A DNA stretch of 32,000 nt. It comes from Buchnera aphidicola str. APS (Acyrthosiphon pisum) (GTDB lineage Bacteria; Pseudomonadota; Gammaproteobacteria; Enterobacterales; Enterobacteriaceae). Made by a program: the position numbers and the translations under genes. The stretch covers positions 150,001 through 182,000 of the forward strand of contig NC_002528.1 of NCBI RefSeq assembly GCF_000009605.1, in the 5' to 3' direction. The notes below the pieces were generated by a model, which did not search any database, was not told the DNA's origin, and saw nothing but the letters and a program-made list of their open reading frames with translations. Numbering within the stretch: the first letter of the stretch is position 1; each line of letters starts with the position of its first letter. Below, piece by piece: positions 1 through 12,126 of this stretch.

Positions 1-2939
1 GCTACAGAAGTACCTTTAGTGGCGTCTATTTTAAAACCGAGTTTTTTTAATTTTACTGCTAAGTTAATAATGTTATTTTTATCATTATTTCTTACAGACA
101 GAAGAACACGACCTGATTTTTTCATATTAGTATGTGCTCCTAACATAGATTTAGAAAATGCTTCTGAAAAGTTTTTTCCAATTCCCATGACTTCTCCAGT
201 AGAACGCATTTCTGGACCTAGTATAGGATCAACACCTTGAAATTTATCAAATGGAAGAACTGCTTCTTTTACTGAAAAATAAGGAGGAATTATTTCTTTA
301 ATAAAACCTTGTTCTAATAGTGTTTTACCACACATTACACGTACAGAAATTTTTGCTAATGCAAGACCTATTGCTTTTGAGACAAACGGCACTGTACGTG
401 CAGCTCTTGGATTTACTTCAATGATATAGATTTTATTATTTTTAATAGCGAATTGTATATTCATTAGTCCTTTTACAGATAATTCAAAAGCTAGCTTTTT
501 TACTTGTCTTCTAATTTCATTTTGCACTTTACTAGTAAGAGTATATGCAGGTAATGAGCATGCAGAATCGCCAGAATGAACTCCAGCCTGTTCAATGTGC
601 TCCATTATACCACCAATTAAAACAGTTTCTCCATCACAGATGGCATCAACATCAACTTCTGTTGCATAGTCTAGATATTGATCTAATAAAATAGGTGTTG
701 TATTGTTCTTTTTTAGTGTTGTTTTAAAGTAATTTTCTAAACCATACGGTTCATAAACAATTTCCATTGCTCTTCCACCTAAAACATAAGATGGTCGTAC
801 CATTATTGGATAGCCAATTATATCAGCTTTTTTATAAGCTTCATCTAAAGTCAAGACAGTTGCGTTTAAAGGTTGTTGTAATCTTAATTTATTAACAGTT
901 TTTTGGAAACGATAACGATTTTCTGCTGTGTCAATCGAATCTGGACTGGTTCCTATTATAGGAACACCTTCTTTTTCAAATTCATGCGCTAATTTTAATG
1001 GGGTTTGACCTCCATATTGAATGATAACTCCTTTTGGTTTTTCTATTCTGACTATTTCTAAAACGTTTTCTAATGTAATTGGTTCAAAGTATAATCTATC
1101 TGAAATATCATAATCGGTAGATACTGTTTCTGGATTACAGTTAACCATAATTGCTTCAAAACCATCTTCTCGTAAAGCTTGAGCCGCGTGTACACAGCAA
1201 TAGTCAAACTCTATACCTTGTCCTATTCTATTAGGACCACCACCTAATATGATTATTTTTTTATTATTTTTACTTGGATGAGACTCACATTCATCTTCCC
1301 ATGTTGAATACATATATGCTGTTTCGGTAGAAAATTCAGCTGAACATGTATCAATTCTTTTATAAACAGGATGCAAATTAAGTTTATAACGTAGTTGTCT
1401 TATTTCACTTTCATTTTTATTAGTAAGTATTGCAATACGTTGGTCAGAAAAACCTTTTCTTTTTAGAAAATAAAAAAAGTCGTATTTTAAGCCAATAAAT
1501 CCATTTTTTATAATTTTTTTCTCTAAGAGAATAATTTCTTTGATTTGAACAAGAAACCATGGATCAATCGATGTTAAATCAAATACATCGTTTATAGACA
1601 TACCATATCGAAATGCATCACCTATATACCAAATACGTTCAGAACCTGCATCTTTTAATTCGCGTCTAATTTTAATTAAATATTCTGAATCGCGAGAAGA
1701 TATTTTAGAGTCAAAACCACTAGCGCCGACTTCTAAACCACGAATAGCTTTTTGTATAGATTCTTGGAAAGTACGACCTATCGCCATAACTTCTCCGACA
1801 GATTTCATTTGTGTAGTTAATCTATCATCGCATCCAGGAAATTTTTCAAAATTAAATCTAGGAATCTTTGTTACTATGTAATCTATTGATGGTTCAAATG
1901 ATGCAGTAGTATTTGTTCCGGTGATATCATTTGCAAGTTCATCTAATGTATACCCGATAGCTAATTTAGCTGCAATTTTTGCAATCGGGAATCCTGTTGC
2001 TTTAGACGCTAGAGCGGAAGAACGAGAAACTCTAGGATTCATTTCAATAACAATCATTCGACCATTTTTGGGATTGATTGCAAATTGCACGTTAGAACCG
2101 CCTGTTTCTACACCTATTTCACGTAAAATTGACATAGATGCATTTCTCATGACTTGATATTCTTTGTCAGTAAGAGTTTGCGCAGGTGCTACAGTAATCG
2201 AGTCGCCTGTGTGAATACCCATAGGGTCTAAATTTTCAATTGAACATACGATAATGCAATTGTCATTTTTATCTCGAACAACTTCCATTTCATATTCTTT
2301 CCAACCAATTAGCGATTCATCAATTAGAAGTTCTGTACTTGGAGATAATTCAAGTCCTCTTTCACATATTTTTTCAAATTCTTCATGATTATAAGCAATT
2401 CCCCCTCCATGTCCACCCATGGTAAAAGACGGACGAATAATACATGGAAAACCTACGTTATTTAAAACCAAAAATGCTTCTTGAATGTTATGTGCGATAC
2501 CACATTTCGCAGTTTCTAAATTTAACTTCTTCATTGAATGTTCAAATAATTTTCTATTTTCAGCTTTTTTTATTGCGTCTACTGTTGCACCTATGATTTG
2601 AACACCATATTTTTTTAAAATACCTTTATGATCTAATTCTAAAGCACAGTTTAAAGCTGTTTGACCTCCCATAGTCGGAAGTAGTGCGTCTGGTTTTTCT
2701 TTTTGGATAATTTTTTCTACTATTTCCCAATGGATCGGCTCGACATATGTAGCATCAGCCATATCAGGATCTGTCATAATAGTAGCGGGATTGGAATTTA
2801 GAAGAATAATTCTATAACCTTCTTCTTTTAAAGCTTTACAAGCTTGTGTACCTGAATAGTCAAATTCACAGGCTTGTCCAATTACTATTGGACCTGCCCC
2901 AAGAATTAAAATTGATTTTATATCAGTAGATTTAGGCAT
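1..2939 (-). CDS. carB: Carbamoyl-phosphate synthase large subunit, 3' end truncated by window edge
   Basis: Not in the supplied ORF track, probably because it has no stop within the window. Reverse-strand translation from ATG (2939-2937) gives [69 protein letters not shown]..., typical of CarB. The region near base 60 reads [20 protein letters not shown] in the same frame. I spot-checked both ends rather than translating every codon. Confidence 0.95.
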   Translation of the reverse strand, partial: MPKSTDIKSILILGAGPIVIGQACEFDYSGTQACKALKEEGYRIILLNSNPATIMTDPDMADATYVEPIHWEIVEKIIQKEKPDALLPTMGGQTALNCALELDHKGILKKYGVQIIGATVDAIKKAENRKLFEHSMKKLNLETAKCGIAHNIQEAFLVLNNVGFPCIIRPSFTMGGHGGGIAYNHEEFEKICERGLELSPSTELLIDESLIGWKEYEMEVVRDKNDNCIIVCSIENLDPMGIHTGDSITVAPAQTLTDKEYQVMRNASMSILREIGVETGGSNVQFAINPKNGRMIVIEMNPRVSRSSALASKATGFPIAKIAAKLAIGYTLDELANDITGTNTTASFEPSIDYIVTKIPRFNFEKFPGCDDRLTTQMKSVGEVMAIGRTFQESIQKAIRGLEVGASGFDSKISSRDSEYLIKIRRELKDAGSERIWYIGDAFRYGMSINDVFDLTSIDPWFLVQIKEIILLEKKIIKNGFIGLKYDFFYFLKRKGFSDQRIAILTNKNESEIRQLRYKLNLHPVYKRIDTCSAEFSTETAYMYSTWEDECESHPSKNNKKIIILGGGPNRIGQGIEFDYCCVHAAQALREDGFEAIMVNCNPETVSTDYDISDRLYFEPITLENVLEIVRIEKPKGVIIQYGGQTPLKLAHEFEKEGVPIIGTSPDSIDTAENRYRFQKTVNKLRLQQPLNATVLTLDEAYKKADIIGYPIMVRPSYVLGGRAMEIVYEPYGLENYFKTTLKKNNTTPILLDQYLDYATEVDVDAICDGETVLIGGIMEHIEQAGVHSGDSACSLPAYTLTSKVQNEIRRQVKKLAFELSVKGLMNIQFAIKNNKIYIIEVNPRAARTVPFVSKAIGLALAKISVRVMCGKTLLEQGFIKEIIPPYFSVKEAVLPFDKFQGVDPILGPEMRSTGEVMGIGKNFSEAFSKSMLGAHTNMKKSGRVLLSVRNNDKNNIINLAVKLKKLGFKIDATKGTSV

Positions 2940-2952
2940 TTTTTTTCCCTAA

Positions 2953-4104
2953 TTAATTACTGAGTGTAGTTTTTTGAGAAACGATTAATTTAATGAAATA
3001 ATCAAACAAATATGAAGCATCATGTGGTCCGGGACTTGCTTCTGGATGACCTTGAAAACTAAAAGCTGATTTATTAGTTAAGGATAGTCCTTGTAATGTT
3101 CCATCGAAAAGCGAACTATGTGTAATTTCTATATTATTGGGTAAGTTTTCAGTATCTACAGTAAAACTGTGATTTTGAGATGTTATAATTACTCGGTTGT
3201 TTTTAATATCCTTAACAGGATGGTTGCCTCCATGATGCCCAAATTTCATTTTAACAATTTTAGCTCCACTAGCTAAGGCAAGTAGCTGATGTCCTAAACA
3301 TATCCCAAAAATAGGAATATTAGTTTTTAAGAAATATTGAATTGCATGAATAGCGTAATCGCAAGGTCTCGGGTCACCTGGTCCATTAGATAAAAAAATA
3401 CCGTCTGGAGATAAATTTAATACAGTTTTAGGATCAGTTATAGCTGGGACGACCGTTAAATAACAGCCTCTATCTACAAGCATACGAAGTATATTTCTTT
3501 TTACTCCAAAATCATAAACAACGACATGAAATAAAAATTTTTGTTTGTTTATAGAAAAAAAATTATTTTTTTTAAAAGTAAAACTACCTTGATCCCAATT
3601 ATAAATAGATTTAGTGGATACTTTTTTTGCTAAATCTAAATCTTGTAAACTAATAAAATTTTTAGCTTTGTTATATGCTATAGAATAATTTTGTTTTTTA
3701 TCTTCTATAATACATCCATTTTGTGAACCTTTGGTACGCAAAATACGTGTTAATTTTCTTGTATCAATATCCGATATTGCAATAATATTGTTTTCTTTTA
3801 AATAGGAAGAAAAACTTTTTTTATTTCGGTAATTACTTGCAGTGAGTGATAAATCACGGATAATAAGACCTTTAATGTAAATTTTGGATGATTCTTCATC
3901 ATTAGAATTAGTACCAACATTACCAATATGAGGATGAGTTAATGTCACAATTTGATGTGAATAAGAAGGATCAGTTATTATTTCTTGATAACCAGTGATT
4001 GATGTATTAAAAACAACTTCGCCTACAGTTATTCCTTTAGCTCCAATAGCTCGTCCATGAAATTTAGTCCCATCTTCTAAAACCAGTACTGCTAATTGGC
4101 TCAA
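2953..4104 (-). CDS. carA: Carbamoyl-phosphate synthase small subunit (glutamine amidotransferase)
   Basis: [54 protein letters not shown] and [21 protein letters not shown] are CarA signatures. The ORF opens to 4125 (ATG), but a GGAGGG at 4114-4109 sits just upstream of TTG 4104, which aligns with the E. coli CarA N-terminus. Confidence 0.95.
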   Translation of the reverse strand: MSQLAVLVLEDGTKFHGRAIGAKGITVGEVVFNTSITGYQEIITDPSYSHQIVTLTHPHIGNVGTNSNDEESSKIYIKGLIIRDLSLTASNYRNKKSFSSYLKENNIIAISDIDTRKLTRILRTKGSQNGCIIEDKKQNYSIAYNKAKNFISLQDLDLAKKVSTKSIYNWDQGSFTFKKNNFFSINKQKFLFHVVVYDFGVKRNILRMLVDRGCYLTVVPAITDPKTVLNLSPDGIFLSNGPGDPRPCDYAIHAIQYFLKTNIPIFGICLGHQLLALASGAKIVKMKFGHHGGNHPVKDIKNNRVIITSQNHSFTVDTENLPNNIEITHSSLFDGTLQGLSLTNKSAFSFQGHPEASPGPHDASYLFDYFIKLIVSQKTTLSN

Positions 4105-4325
4105 AACACCCTCCATTAAAAACACTTTTTTTATATGTGAGTTTTTGTTACTATTGTATTAATTACATTTTATCTTAACTAAAATTAATATTTTTGTCTA
4201 TTATCATGATATACATTTGCAAGTTCTTAAAAATTATATTTTTCTATCTAATATAAAATACATTTTAATTATAACCATGTATGGTAACTAAAAAATATTA
4301 ACTAGATTATTTTTTTTAGTCCTAA

Positions 4326-5135
4326 TTACAATGATAGTACATCTGTCATATCAAATAAACCCGTATTTTTTTTATGAATCCATAGAGCTGATTGTATAGC
4401 ACCTCGAGCAAAAGACATTCTATTAGACGCAGTATGAGTAATTTTTATTTCTTCATCATAACTAGAAAACATCACAGTATGTTTCCCAACAATATTACCG
4501 GCGCGTACAATAGAAAATCCAATTTTTTTTGCATCTCTAATTCCAGTTATTCCTTTTTGATAATATATAGAATCTTGATTTAAATTCCAATTCATTACTT
4601 TTGATATTACTTCTCCAATCTCCAAAGCTGTACCTGAAGGAGCATCTATTTTATTACGATGATGATATTCAAGAATGTTAATATCCGAATCTTTTCCTAT
4701 AATTTGAGTGGTTTTTTTGATTAATTGAAACAGCAAATTAATACCAATACTAAAATTTGATGCTATAATTATAGCAATTTTTTGAGAATATGATTTGATA
4801 ATATCAATTTCTTCTTTTGAAAATCCTGTAGTACCAATAACAATATTTTTTTTGAATTTATTACAATATTTCAAGTATTCTAGTGTGCCTGCAGGCCTAG
4901 TAAAATCAATTAAAACATCAAAGTCATTTTTTTTTATATTTAACTCATCGCTAATAAGAACACCTATTTCTCCTATTCCAATAATTCGGCCGATATCTTG
5001 ACCAATTAATTGATGTTTTTTTTGGACCACTGCAACTGTTAAATGTGAGTGTTTATTGTTTTGTATTTCTTTAATAAGCATACGACCCATACGACCAATG
5101 GGACCAGTAATTGCTATACGGGTTTTTTTGTTCAT
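4326..5135 (-). CDS. dapB: 4-hydroxy-tetrahydrodipicolinate reductase
   Basis: RIAITGPIGRMGRMLI N-terminal Rossmann motif and EYHHRNKIDAPSGTALEIGE active-site motif. Confidence 0.95.
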   Translation of the reverse strand: MNKKTRIAITGPIGRMGRMLIKEIQNNKHSHLTVAVVQKKHQLIGQDIGRIIGIGEIGVLISDELNIKKNDFDVLIDFTRPAGTLEYLKYCNKFKKNIVIGTTGFSKEEIDIIKSYSQKIAIIIASNFSIGINLLFQLIKKTTQIIGKDSDINILEYHHRNKIDAPSGTALEIGEVISKVMNWNLNQDSIYYQKGITGIRDAKKIGFSIVRAGNIVGKHTVMFSSYDEEIKITHTASNRMSFARGAIQSALWIHKKNTGLFDMTDVLSL

Positions 5136-5138
5136 GTT

Positions 5139-6098
5139 TTATCCGTTTTCATCTAAAATTGTTTTAATATTTAATAATTTTTTAGGAATTTTAAAAATTT
5201 TTTTTTCTCTAACACCTATCATTTCTATTGGTTTATGAGCACCTATTTTCCTTAAATATTGAATTACTTCTGTAACTAATATCTCTGGTGCTGAAGCACC
5301 AGCCGTAATACCTATATAATTTACATTTTTTAGCCATTTTTTTTTAATATCAAGAAAAGAACTAATAAGTTTAGTAAATGTTCCAGTTTCTTTTCCTAAT
5401 TCTGCAAGACGATTAGAATTAGAAGAATTATTTGATCCTATTACAAATATTATATCAGCAATTTTAGATAATTGACGAACCGCTATTTGACGATTAGTTG
5501 TGGCATAACATATATCTTCTTTATTGGGACCAGAAATTTCTGGAAATTTATTTTTTAAAGCAGCAATAATTTTTTTTGTATTTGTAATAGATAAAGTTGT
5601 TTGTGTAAAAAAATTTAATTTTTTACTATTTTGGACAGATAAATTATGTACATCTTCTATAGACTCAACGAGATATATTTTTCCATTTTTATTATTATAT
5701 TGCCCTATCGTTCCTTCTACTTCAGGATGTCCTCTATGACCAATAAGAATTGTTTCTATTGCTTTTTCACTAGATTTTGAGACTTCTATATGTACTTTTT
5801 CTACTAGTGGACAAGTAGCATCTAATATAATTAATTTTTTTTTCACAGCTTCTTGTACAACTTTTTTTGATACACCATGTGCAGAAAAAATAACTACTGA
5901 ATAGTCTGGAATTTGTTCAATTTTTTCAACAAAAACAACTCCTTTTTGACGCAGTGTGTTAATAACATATTGATTGTGTACTAGTTCATGCCTAATATAA
6001 ATTGTTTTTTTATAAACTTTTAATGCATTTTCAACTATTAAAATTGCTCTTTTAACACCAGCACAAAAACCTCGAGGATTAGTTAATATGATGTTCAT
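5139..6098 (-). CDS. ispH: 4-hydroxy-3-methylbut-2-enyl diphosphate reductase (Fe-S)
   Basis: MNIILTNPRGFCAGVKRAI, DATCPLVEKVH and EDICYATTNRQ contain the three conserved cysteines of IspH/LytB. Confidence 0.95.
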   Translation of the reverse strand: MNIILTNPRGFCAGVKRAILIVENALKVYKKTIYIRHELVHNQYVINTLRQKGVVFVEKIEQIPDYSVVIFSAHGVSKKVVQEAVKKKLIILDATCPLVEKVHIEVSKSSEKAIETILIGHRGHPEVEGTIGQYNNKNGKIYLVESIEDVHNLSVQNSKKLNFFTQTTLSITNTKKIIAALKNKFPEISGPNKEDICYATTNRQIAVRQLSKIADIIFVIGSNNSSNSNRLAELGKETGTFTKLISSFLDIKKKWLKNVNYIGITAGASAPEILVTEVIQYLRKIGAHKPIEMIGVREKKIFKIPKKLLNIKTILDENG

Positions 6099-6162
6099 TA
6101 CATAATCTCCAAACCATTTATATTAATAATAATTGAATATTATATAAAAACCATTTAACTTT

Positions 6163-6645
6163 TTATGTTGAGTAATTTATTCGCATAAGTATAATAATTC
6201 CAATAAATATACTACAATCAGCTATATTAAATGTAGCAAAATGCCAATCATTAATATGTATGTCAATAAAATCTACTACGAATCCGTAAAAAATTCGGTC
6301 TATTAAGTTGCCCGTTGCACCTGCAATAATTAAAGAATAAGCAGTTATTTTTTTTGTTTCTTGTTTTTTTAATTTAGTAATAATTCTTGTCATTACTAGT
6401 ATAGTCAGTATGCTAACAGTTGATAAAAACCATTTTTGCCACCCGTTTTGATCAGATAAAAAACTAAATGCTGCACCGTGATTATGTACATGAAAAAAAT
6501 TTAACACCGAAAAAATTTTTTTTGTGTCATAAGTTTTTATATATTTTATGATCAAGCGTTTACTGGATATATCGAGAATAAGAATAAAAATTATTGTGGT
6601 TATATAAATCCATTTTTTTGATTTTTTAGAATATTTCTGTTTCAT
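6163..6645 (-). CDS. lspA: Lipoprotein signal peptidase (signal peptidase II)
   Basis: GAAFSFLSDQNGWQKWF, IIAGATGNLIDRIFYGFVVDFIDIH and FATFNIADCSIFIG contain the two catalytic Asp motifs. The ORF opens upstream to 6693, but ATG at 6645 overlaps the ileS stop codon by one base and gives a typical N-terminus. Confidence 0.93.
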   Translation of the reverse strand: MKQKYSKKSKKWIYITTIIFILILDISSKRLIIKYIKTYDTKKIFSVLNFFHVHNHGAAFSFLSDQNGWQKWFLSTVSILTILVMTRIITKLKKQETKKITAYSLIIAGATGNLIDRIFYGFVVDFIDIHINDWHFATFNIADCSIFIGIIILMRINYST

Positions 6646-9467
6646 TATATGAATATACGTTTTTCGCCATTTCCTATAGTATTTAAAATACAACGATTAC
6701 AAATATCACTATTTTTTATATTTTTTTTAGTAAAATTAAAGTAGTGCCAACATCGCGGACATTTTTTTCCTTTAATTTTTTCTAAAGAAACTTTCAAATA
6801 AGGGACGATTTTGCTTTTTTTTGCATTTTTAGGTGCTGTATCATATAACTTAATTTGTATATCTGATGTTAAAAAGATGAATTTTGTTTCTTGTTCTAAT
6901 ATTTTTAATTTATTTGATAATTCATGTGAAACATATAGAATAATAGAAGTTTCAAGTGAATTATTGATAGTTTTATTTTGTATTGCTTCTTCTAAAAATT
7001 TATTAATTTCATGTTTAATTGTAATTATTTCATTCCAAAATTGATAATTAAATAAGTCATCTTGATCTAAATAAAATAATTTGTCAAACCACTCTTCCAT
7101 AAATACATATTGAGAATTATTTTCTGGTAAATAGCTCCATATTTCATCTGCAGTAAAAGATAGAATTGGAGCTATCCATCGTACAAGAGAATTAATGATA
7201 TAATATATAGCTGTTTGAGAACTACGTCTTTCCTGACTATGTTTTTTTAAAGTATATTGCCTGTCTTTTATGATATCAAGATAAAAAGAACCCATTTCTA
7301 TTGAACAAAAATACATTAAACGTTGTATTACCGCATGAAAGTTATAATTATTATAATGTTGAATAATTTCTTCTTGAACTATTTTAGTTTGTCCTATAGC
7401 CCACTTATCTAAAAGAACCATATTTTCTTTAGATATTATATTTTTTTTAGGATCAAAATCACTGATATTAGCTAACATAAAACGAGCCGTGTTTCTAATT
7501 CTTCTGTATATATCTGACGAACTCTTTAATATTTCATTAGAAATCGAAATATCATTAGAATAATTAGAAGATGCAACCCATAGTCTTAAGATATCAGCTC
7601 CTAATGTATCAACTATTTCATTAGGACTTATAGTATTACCTATAGATTTAGACATTTTTTGTCCTTTTCCATCAACAACAAATCCATGAGTTAATACTTC
7701 AGAATATGGTTTTTTTTCACTGATTAAAGTTGATATTATTAGTGAAGACATGAACCAACCTCGATGTTGATCAGATCCTTCTAAAAACATATCTGCATTT
7801 TTTTTAGTATAATTTTTGTTCTTGTAGTTTATTGTAGTATGTGTATTTCCCGATTCAAACCACACATCTAATATATCTAAAATTTTTTCATATGATTGAT
7901 ATTCTTCACCTAGTATTTCTTTTGAATCTATATTCCACCATACCTGTAGTCCTTCTAATTCTACTTTTTTTGCTATTTTTTTCATAAAAACAAAAGTATT
8001 AGGGTGTATCTTTCTTGTATTCTTATGTATAAAGATAGACATTGGAACTCCCCATTTTCTTTGTCTCGAAATACACCAATCTGGTCTTTTTTTAATCATT
8101 TCTCCTATTCTTGATTCTCCCCATTCAGGTATCCATCGTACTTTTTTTATTTCTTGTAATAATTTAATACGTAATTGTTTCTGATCGATATCTATGAACC
8201 ATTGTGGAGTGGCTCTATATATCACCGGACTCTTATGTCTCCAACAATGTGGGTAACTATGTATGAGAGATTCATGATGAAAGAATGTATTATTTTTAAT
8301 TAATAGTTCTATAATAATTGAATTAGCTTCTAAAACATTAACACCGTCTAATTTGTCATGTGTATTAGAGATGTATTCCCCTTTAAAATTTACTATATTA
8401 CTTGTTTTAATATTATATTTTTGACTAATAATATAATCCTCTAATCCATGATCTGGTGCCGTATGAACAGCTCCTGTTCCTGATTCAAGAGTTACATGTT
8501 TTCCTAAAATTACAGGCAAATCAATATTTTTTAAAAATGGATGCAAACATATCATTTTTTCTAAAAATCTTCCTTTTACATAATTTCTTATTATTGATTT
8601 TTTTATTTTTAGTGTGTTTAACGTCTTTTCAACTAACTCTTTTGCTATGATTAAATAGCATCTTTCAGTTTCTATTAATTGGTACTGAAAATCTGGATGT
8701 ATTGAAATAGCTTTACTAGAAGGGAGAGTCCATGGTGTTGTTGTCCAGATTAGTAGATGAATTTCTTTTTTGTTAGAAATTTGAAAATCAAATAATTTTT
8801 CTATAATTGATTTATATTTAAATTTAAAACCAACTATAATAGAATCTGATTTTTTTTTAGAGTATTCAATTTCAGCTTCAGATAGTGATGATGCACATTT
8901 AAGGCACCAATGTATGGGTTTAAAATCTTGATATAAATGTTTTTTTTGTACAATTTTCGATAAGGTCTTAATTATATTAGCTTCATTTTTAAAGTTCATT
9001 GTTAGATGGGGATTATCCCAATCACCTATTACCCCTAATCTAATAAAATCTTTTTTTTGTTTTTCAACTTGATCTTGCGCATATTTTCTACATTTTTCTT
9101 GAAATTCTGTAGTCGATATTTCCCCTTGATTAGACTTGATTTTTTCCTCAACTTTCTGTTCAATTGGCAAGCCGTGACAATCCCAAGAGGGAATATAAGG
9201 TGCATCAAAACCTGACATATTTTTAGATTTTATAATAATATCCTTTAAAATTTTATTTACTGCATGTCCGATGTGAATGTTCCCATTAGCATATGGTGGC
9301 CCATCATGAAGAAAGAATATTTTTTTTTCTTGGTTTTTTTTTCGAATTAATTTATATAAATTATTTTCGTTCCAACTTTTTAATATATTTGGTTCTTTTT
9401 TTGAAAGATTTCCTCTCATAGAAAATAGTGTTTTAGGTAAATTTAAAGTGTCTTTATAATCATCCAT
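6645..9467 (-). CDS. ileS: Isoleucyl-tRNA synthetase
   Basis: HIGH motif in [28 protein letters not shown] in [14 protein letters not shown], and C-terminal zinc motif CPRCWHYF...CNRC; 940 aa. Confidence 0.97.
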   Translation of the reverse strand: MDDYKDTLNLPKTLFSMRGNLSKKEPNILKSWNENNLYKLIRKKNQEKKIFFLHDGPPYANGNIHIGHAVNKILKDIIIKSKNMSGFDAPYIPSWDCHGLPIEQKVEEKIKSNQGEISTTEFQEKCRKYAQDQVEKQKKDFIRLGVIGDWDNPHLTMNFKNEANIIKTLSKIVQKKHLYQDFKPIHWCLKCASSLSEAEIEYSKKKSDSIIVGFKFKYKSIIEKLFDFQISNKKEIHLLIWTTTPWTLPSSKAISIHPDFQYQLIETERCYLIIAKELVEKTLNTLKIKKSIIRNYVKGRFLEKMICLHPFLKNIDLPVILGKHVTLESGTGAVHTAPDHGLEDYIISQKYNIKTSNIVNFKGEYISNTHDKLDGVNVLEANSIIIELLIKNNTFFHHESLIHSYPHCWRHKSPVIYRATPQWFIDIDQKQLRIKLLQEIKKVRWIPEWGESRIGEMIKKRPDWCISRQRKWGVPMSIFIHKNTRKIHPNTFVFMKKIAKKVELEGLQVWWNIDSKEILGEEYQSYEKILDILDVWFESGNTHTTINYKNKNYTKKNADMFLEGSDQHRGWFMSSLIISTLISEKKPYSEVLTHGFVVDGKGQKMSKSIGNTISPNEIVDTLGADILRLWVASSNYSNDISISNEILKSSSDIYRRIRNTARFMLANISDFDPKKNIISKENMVLLDKWAIGQTKIVQEEIIQHYNNYNFHAVIQRLMYFCSIEMGSFYLDIIKDRQYTLKKHSQERRSSQTAIYYIINSLVRWIAPILSFTADEIWSYLPENNSQYVFMEEWFDKLFYLDQDDLFNYQFWNEIITIKHEINKFLEEAIQNKTINNSLETSIILYVSHELSNKLKILEQETKFIFLTSDIQIKLYDTAPKNAKKSKIVPYLKVSLEKIKGKKCPRCWHYFNFTKKNIKNSDICNRCILNTIGNGEKRIFI

Positions 9468-9483
9468 TCTGTTCTCTTTTTTA

Positions 9484-10425
9484 TTAATTTTTATGAATGT
9501 TAAAATATTTTTGAACTATTAAAATATCTTGTGATATTTGATTTTTTAATTCTTTTTTTGAAGGAAAAAATTGTTCATCCCGTATTTTTTTATATATAAA
9601 AATTTCTATATATTTTCCGTATAAATCAATTTTTATGTCAAACAAATACACTTCAAGTAATTTATTTTTTTGAGTATTGGAAAAACTAGGTTTGATTCCA
9701 ATATTAGAAATTCCTATGGCGTATTTATTCGGGCAATATTTTATTTTAACTGCATATACTCCATTAGTTAATAAAAAATTTTTACTTAAAAGTATATTTG
9801 CTGTAGGATAATTCATGGTTCTTCCTATTTTATTTCCATGGATTACTCTGCCAGATATGCTAAATACACGACCCAGGAGAAGAGAAGCTAATTTTATATT
9901 ATTTTCAGATAATGCTTTTCTAATATTAGTACTACTGATTTTTATATTGTTTTTATATAATGGTCGAATTTTTATGACGTTAAATTGATATTTATATCCT
10001 AGTTTTTTTAATAGATTGATATTGCCGTTTCTTTGAAAGCCAAATCTAAAATCATTTCCTATGACTATAAATTTTAAGTGTAGTTTATTTATTAATATAT
10101 TTATGATAAAATCTTTTGCACTTAGAGATTGAAAAGATTTATTAAATTTAACACACAATATACTATCAAAATTGTAGGAACTAATACGTCTTATTTTCTC
10201 ACGGAACTTTGTAATCCGAACAGGAGCATTATTTTTTCTTAAAAATTCTAACGGTTGGGGTTCAAATAAAACAACTATAGTTGATAATTTATATTTTTGA
10301 CCTATTTGATATATATGTGAAAACAATTTTTGATGACCTAAATGTATCCCATCAAAATTTCCAATAGTAACAACTGAATTAGAATTTATTTCCTTGATAT
10401 TATGAATACCTCGTATAATCTTCAT
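9484..10425 (-). CDS. ribF: Bifunctional riboflavin kinase / FAD synthetase
   Basis: [18 protein letters not shown] nucleotidyltransferase motif, [13 protein letters not shown], and [20 protein letters not shown] riboflavin kinase motif. Confidence 0.95.
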   Translation of the reverse strand: MKIIRGIHNIKEINSNSVVTIGNFDGIHLGHQKLFSHIYQIGQKYKLSTIVVLFEPQPLEFLRKNNAPVRITKFREKIRRISSYNFDSILCVKFNKSFQSLSAKDFIINILINKLHLKFIVIGNDFRFGFQRNGNINLLKKLGYKYQFNVIKIRPLYKNNIKISSTNIRKALSENNIKLASLLLGRVFSISGRVIHGNKIGRTMNYPTANILLSKNFLLTNGVYAVKIKYCPNKYAIGISNIGIKPSFSNTQKNKLLEVYLFDIKIDLYGKYIEIFIYKKIRDEQFFPSKKELKNQISQDILIVQKYFNIHKN

Positions 10426-10639
10426 TATTAGGTTGACCTTATTAAATGAAGCAAATTACATTGAAAAATTTTTAATAAAAAAATTTTATAGTTTTTTTTA
10501 TATAATATTTCTTAGTATTTTTTTAAAAAAAAATTTTTTTAATGAAATTAAAAATTAAAATAATAATATTTTTTCAGTATATTCATTAATATTGTTTTTT
10601 CAAATAAATGTTTAATTTTTTAAAATTTAGAGGTAAAAA

Positions 10640-10909
10640 TTGGCCAATATAAAAGCATCTAAAAAAGATGCATTAACTTCTGAAAAACGTCGTAAAAAAA
10701 ATTCTAGTCGACGTTCAATGATTCGTACCTTTGTAAAAAAAGTACGAGTAGCAATTATGTCTGGAAACAAAACAACAGCAGAAGATGCATTTAAAAAAAT
10801 GCAACCTATTATTGATAGTCATGTGAATAAAGGTTTGATACATAAAAATAAAGCTGCACGCTATAAATCTAATTTATCATTACAAATTAAAAAAATATCT
10901 AAAATATAA
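10640..10909 (+). CDS. rpsT: 30S ribosomal protein S20, TTG start
   Basis: [35 protein letters not shown]... is S20. The start codon is TTG at 10640, with an AGAGG ribosome-binding site just upstream. Confidence 0.97.
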   Translation: MANIKASKKDALTSEKRRKKNSSRRSMIRTFVKKVRVAIMSGNKTTAEDAFKKMQPIIDSHVNKGLIHKNKAARYKSNLSLQIKKISKI

Positions 10910-10919
10910 TTTTTTTTAG

Positions 10920-10950
10920 AGTATTGCCTCTAATTTTTAGAAGCAATACT
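10920..10950. repeat. Compound inverted repeat / stem-loop between convergent rpsT and dnaJ
   Basis: AGTATTGC (10920-10927) pairs perfectly with GCAATACT (10943-10950). An inner TCTA (10929-10932) pairs with TAGA (10938-10941), with one C/A mismatch between the two helices and a 5-nt loop. There is no U-tract directly 3' on either strand. Confidence 0.75.
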
Positions 10951-10959
10951 TATAGAATC

Positions 10960-12093
10960 TTATCTTGTCAGATCATCAAAAAATCTTTTAACACCATCAA
11001 AAAATCTTTTTGAACGAGGACTATTTTTTTCGCCGCGAAAACCGTGAAAACTATTACCTAATTCATGCAAAAGGTTTTTTTGTTGTTCATTAAGATTTAC
11101 AGGGGTTTCGACTACAACACGACATAATAGATCACCTTGATTTCTATTTTGTACTGATTTTACTCCTCTTCCACGAATACGAAAAAGTTTTCCTGATTGT
11201 GTCTCATATGGTATTTTTAGTTTAACTCTACCGTCTAGAGTAGGCACCTCTATTTCTCCACCTAGTGCTGCCATTGTAAAATTTATCGGTACTTCACAGT
11301 ATAGATTGTTTCCTTCTCTTTCAAAAATAGGATGTTTTTTGACTGTAATTTGAACATAAAGATCTCCTGATTGTGCGCCATTAGCACCTGCTTCTCCTTC
11401 ATTATTCAAACGAATACGATCATTGGTATCTAGACCTGGTGGAATTTTTACTGATAATATTTTATATGTTTCAACACGCCCTTGTCCATGACATAAATTG
11501 CACGGATCAGTAATTATTGTCCCCTTACCATGGCATGTAGGACATGATTGTTGTACTGTAAAAAAACCTTTTCTAATATGTATTTGTCCTTTGCCGTGAC
11601 ATGTAGAACATGAACGAGGTTTAGTACCCGTTCTTGTACCACTTCCGTAACATGTTTTACATTTTTGAAGCGTTGGAATTTGAATTTCTTTTTTTATTCC
11701 TTTTACTGCTTCTTCTAATGTAATTTCCATATTATAGCATAAATCAGCTCCTTTTTTAGCTCTTTGAGTTCTGTTTCCACCAAAAATATCACCAAAAACA
11801 TCCCCAAAAATATCACTAAAATCTGCGGAATTAGTAAAAGTGCTGTATGTACTATTAGACTGACCATTTTCAAAAGCCGCATGTCCATATTGATCATATG
11901 CACTTCTTTTTTCTTCATTAATTAAAATTTCATAAGCTTCTTTTATTTCTTTGAATTTTCCTTCAGCGGTTTTATCTCCTTGATTACGGTCAGGATGATA
12001 TTTCATCGCTAGTTTTTTATATGCTTTTTTAATTTCACGCTCTTCAGCCGATTTTGGAATGCCTAAAATTTGATAATAGTCTTTTTTTGCCAT
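10960..12093 (-). CDS. dnaJ: Chaperone DnaJ (Hsp40)
   Basis: J domain [40 protein letters not shown] with HPD, and four CxxCxGxG repeats ([32 protein letters not shown]). Confidence 0.97.
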
Positions 12094-12126
12094 TCTAACT
12101 TACTCTACCTGATTTAAAAATAATTA

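Noticed and set aside
19-240. 73-aa plus-strand ORF at the left edge, and 1921..2157
   Set aside because: Both are antisense to carB, whose protein sequence is clearly conserved on the minus strand.
4392-5739. Small plus-strand ORFs 4392-4583, 4795-5001, 5056-5238, 5524-5739
   Set aside because: They lie antisense to dapB or ispH, with low-complexity Ser/Ile/Phe-rich products and no promoter or ribosome-binding evidence.
11715-11918. 67-aa same-strand out-of-frame ORF within dnaJ
   Set aside because: It is a +1/+2 frame shadow of dnaJ, Lys/Leu-rich, with no support as an overlapping gene. The same applies to 16348-16542, 17587-17787, 23248-23496, 23692-23895, 24408-24593 and 25206-25433, which lie within nuo genes.
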